Positions 61,507 through 64,000 of a stretch of 64,000 bases of DNA are shown here, piece by piece (positions within the stretch are counted from its first letter, which is position 1; every line of letters begins with the position of its first letter). Made by a program: the position numbers and the translations under genes. The notes under the pieces are model-generated. The model saw only the letters and a program-made list of their open reading frames with translations. It searched no databases and was not told the origin of the DNA. Source of the stretch: Candidatus Babeliales bacterium (GTDB taxonomy: Bacteria; Babelota; Babeliae; Babelales; JANWKD01); contig CAVXJH010000003.1 of NCBI GenBank assembly GCA_963762115.1, forward strand, positions 288,001 to 352,000. The letters run 5' to 3'.

Positions 61507-61508
61507 AA

Positions 61509-62039
61509 TTAATCCTTTTCTAATATAACCCATTCTTCTTCAGGTTGTTTTTCAATCAAACCTTCTTCAAATTCTTCAATAAGCTTTTGAATTGCTAACT
61601 GCTTTTGTTGTCTATTTTCAGCTTCTCGCCTTTCATGGTGTTCAAAAATATAATCAAGGCCTCTTTTTCCAAAACCATCAACAGCATTGATATCGCCACC
61701 ACGAGTACCTAAAATACTATAATATTCCAAATCACGAGACAGAGCATACGTGAAAGGTGTCATTTGATTGCCTGCTATCTTATTTGGATCCGCTCCCAAT
61801 CTTAGGAGCAACCTAACTAAAGGTGTTTTATAAAGCTCAATCGCTTTCATTAAAGCTGACACACCATCTAACTCTGCATCTGGACTAACACCATCAACTA
61901 TCAATTGATTTACTTGAGTTTCATCGCCAACCTCGATAGCACTAAAAAGTTCACTAATACGTGAATCATGATTATTCGCCTGAACGAGAGTTGCAGCACA
62001 ACACATTGTCATGCCGATTAATAAATATAATTTTTTCAC
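61509..62039 (-). CDS. Exported ankyrin-repeat protein with LIR/AIM-like tail
   Basis: Signal ending VQA; GADPN, TPFTYA, GGDINAVD; C-terminal EEEWVILEKD. Confidence 0.85.
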   Translation of the reverse strand: MKKLYLLIGMTMCCAATLVQANNHDSRISELFSAIEVGDETQVNQLIVDGVSPDAELDGVSALMKAIELYKTPLVRLLLRLGADPNKIAGNQMTPFTYALSRDLEYYSILGTRGGDINAVDGFGKRGLDYIFEHHERREAENRQQKQLAIQKLIEEFEEGLIEKQPEEEWVILEKD

Positions 62040-62057
62040 AAGTACCCCTTAGGAAAT

Positions 62058-62603
62058 TTAATCAATCATAGTCCAAGGTTCTTCTGGTATATTAATTTCT
62101 TCAAATTCACCAGCAAGAAGATCTAACTCTGCATTTTTTCTTGCGTTTTCACGTTTTATTCTATCAAGATCACGTTGTTTAGGATCTACATTAAGATAAT
62201 CTTGCATTGTTTTACCAAATGCATCTTTCTTGCTTCCTTTACCGCCAAAACTAATTATCCGCTCCATTGCCGCTTCATTTCCAAGATCAGCAGCAAAAGT
62301 CAACGCGGTCATGCCATTACCAGCAATAAAATCGATTGCTTTCAAGGCGCTGGCTTTTTCAAGCAAATGTTCCAATGCCGCAATCTCTGCACGATAATTT
62401 GTATGTTCTATCTGATACATTATTGCTGTTTTTCCATTTTCTTGAGCATTCGGATTAGCACCCTTAAGTACTAAATCCTCAACCAATGTTGCACGATTTT
62501 GCACATTAGGCGTTCGAATAATTTTCAAAAGTTGATTATCAAGAACATTATTTGCTTGAATTCCTACAACAACAAAAAATATAAGTAAACTCAATCGTTT
62601 CAT
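62058..62603 (-). CDS. Exported ankyrin-repeat protein with LIR/AIM-like tail
   Basis: Signal ending IQA; GANPNAQENGKTA, GMTALTFAA; C-terminal GEFEEI and EEPWTMID. Confidence 0.85.
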   Translation of the reverse strand: MKRLSLLIFFVVVGIQANNVLDNQLLKIIRTPNVQNRATLVEDLVLKGANPNAQENGKTAIMYQIEHTNYRAEIAALEHLLEKASALKAIDFIAGNGMTALTFAADLGNEAAMERIISFGGKGSKKDAFGKTMQDYLNVDPKQRDLDRIKRENARKNAELDLLAGEFEEINIPEEPWTMID

Positions 62604-62813
62604 ACTAACTCCTTCATATAACTTTTATTTTAAGCATATCAAATTTATTATACAAATTGCAATTATTTTATATATACATATTTTTTATCTTTTCACATAG
62701 AGGCTAATACCAGTAAAAACCATCCAAAAACAATGATTTGAAAAAAAACCATTTTAGCCCTATACTTTATAGTAAATTTATACAAGCAATTATATATGCA
62801 AGGATTCCTAACT

Positions 62814-62948
62814 ATGTCAGTTACCTATAAACCAAGCCGTAGAAAAAGAAGCAGAAAACATGGTTTCCGTAAAAGAATGGCTACCAAAGATGGTAGAAAA
62901 ATTATTAACCGAAGACGCGCAAAAGGCAGAAAACGTCTTACTGTTTAG
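62814..62948 (+). CDS. rpmH: 50S ribosomal protein L34
   Basis: [44 protein letters not shown]; absent from the ORF track. Confidence 0.96.
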   Translation: MSVTYKPSRRKRSRKHGFRKRMATKDGRKIINRRRAKGRKRLTV

Positions 62949-62954
62949 GGTTTT

Positions 62955-63299
62955 GTGATTACACAATCAACTTCTTTTCGATTGATGAGCAGTTTTAAAA
63001 AGAGCGAAATAAGAATGCTTTTTAAGACTGCTCGTACTGTTTACCATCAAAATGGGCTTACTATTAAACAAGCGCCAAAAAATGGTGAACATGCTCGAAT
63101 TTTGATAGTTACTCCAAGAAAATCGGGCAATGCTCCTCAACGCAACCTCATTCGTCGAAGATTAAAAAATATTTTTTATCTTGAAAAATTATTTAATCAA
63201 TCATGTGATTGGATTGTTTTGGTATCAAATGATGCAATCACCTTATCTTTTGATACCTTAAAAGAAATAATTCTCAGTACACAAGAAAAAAAAATATGA
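62955..63299 (+). CDS. rnpA: Ribonuclease P protein component
   Basis: RKSGNAPQRNLIRRRLK (RNR-like motif); follows rpmH. Confidence 0.9.
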   Translation: MITQSTSFRLMSSFKKSEIRMLFKTARTVYHQNGLTIKQAPKNGEHARILIVTPRKSGNAPQRNLIRRRLKNIFYLEKLFNQSCDWIVLVSNDAITLSFDTLKEIILSTQEKKI

Positions 63300-63493
63300 A
63301 TATTCTCAATCATATTTTAATTTTTATCGTGCAAATGATTCGCCCTTTTTTTGGACCTGCAACCTGTCAGTTCACGCTTACTTGTGGTAATTTTGCTTGC
63401 CAAGAACTTGCAACAAAGAATATCTTTGCAGCGCTTTGGTCAATCACCAAACGCATCTTTTCCTGCAATCCTTTTTATCGTGAAAAATTATAA
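63296..63493 (+). CDS. yidD: Membrane protein insertion efficiency factor
   Basis: CQFTLTC…RIFSCNPF; follows rnpA. Confidence 0.85.
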   Translation: MNILNHILIFIVQMIRPFFGPATCQFTLTCGNFACQELATKNIFAALWSITKRIFSCNPFYREKL

Positions 63494-64000
63494 TAACTGG
63501 CTTACTAAATTACTCAACTCACTGCGTTCACTACTTTCAAGGAAAACCATACCGAACAAAGGTTGACCTTTAAACTTACTACTTGCCACCACTAAACCAT
63601 TACTACTAAAATCCAAATAAGGTGTGTCAATTTGAAAAGGATCTCCGGCTAAAATTATTTTGCTGCCTTCACCAACACGACTAATCAACGTTTTTACTTC
63701 ATGAGGCGTTAAATTTTGTACCTCATCAAGAAGAATATATTGAAACGGTATTGATCGACCACGCATATAGGTTATTGCTTCAAGACTAATTTTTCCTTCT
63801 CTAATCAGATGATCCAAAGAATCCAAAGGACGATGTTGTTTTTTATGCTGCTTATGATTTTTTTGCTGCTTCTCATAATACTTACGACTCATGCCTTTTT
63901 TACCAGCATAAAAAGGTTCTTGTTGGTAATGTGATGAATCCCCTTCACGAGGAAATTCATTTGCCGCATGAGAAATAAATTCCATATTATCATACATAGG
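63488..64000 (-). CDS. PhoH-family ATPase (C-terminal part; begins beyond the window)
   Basis: ITYMRGRS, LDEVQNLT, SRVGEGSKIILAGDPFQID, SERSEL. Confidence 0.9.
   Translation of the reverse strand, partial: PMYDNMEFISHAANEFPREGDSSHYQQEPFYAGKKGMSRKYYEKQQKNHKQHKKQHRPLDSLDHLIREGKISLEAITYMRGRSIPFQYILLDEVQNLTPHEVKTLISRVGEGSKIILAGDPFQIDTPYLDFSSNGLVVASSKFKGQPLFGMVFLESSERSELSNLVSQLL

Overview
AT-rich bacterial chromosome segment. The many signal-peptide-bearing ankyrin, BTB, WD40 and LRR proteins and the reduced metabolism suggest an intracellular parasite of protists, most likely Candidatus Babeliae (Dependentiae/TM6); this taxonomy is inferred, not searched. Housekeeping genes: acpP, a fabD-like gene, gltX, plsX, rpmF, dprA, gyrA, lepA, grpE, ssb, a pgsA-like gene, mnmA, argS, tsf-pyrH-frr, tRNA-Lys, tRNA-Leu, tig, trxB, rpmH-rnpA-yidD and a phoH-like gene. 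Accessory highlights: (1) an aromatic-amino-acid-type ABC transporter, then an unannotated 50-aa Tyr-rich peptide ORF, then two exported-looking PvcA/Dit1 isonitrile-synthase homologues; (2) four tandem Cys-Cys, 11/25-residue-periodic exported proteins next to a sulfotransferase; (3) three tandem HExxH metalloproteases with a duplicated promoter; (4) candidate host-directed effectors: SOCS/BC-box, F-box-like and BTB-LRR ubiquitin-ligase adaptor mimics, a clan-CD protease candidate, and three ankyrin proteins ending in Atg8/LC3-interacting-type motifs, many with Met as first residue after the signal peptide; (5) a FabD lacking its catalytic serine; (6) a nested mobile system in which a MITE-like element carrying a REP doublet occurs four times, one copy interrupted by an intact IS481-family element. 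No CRISPR array or rRNA was seen.
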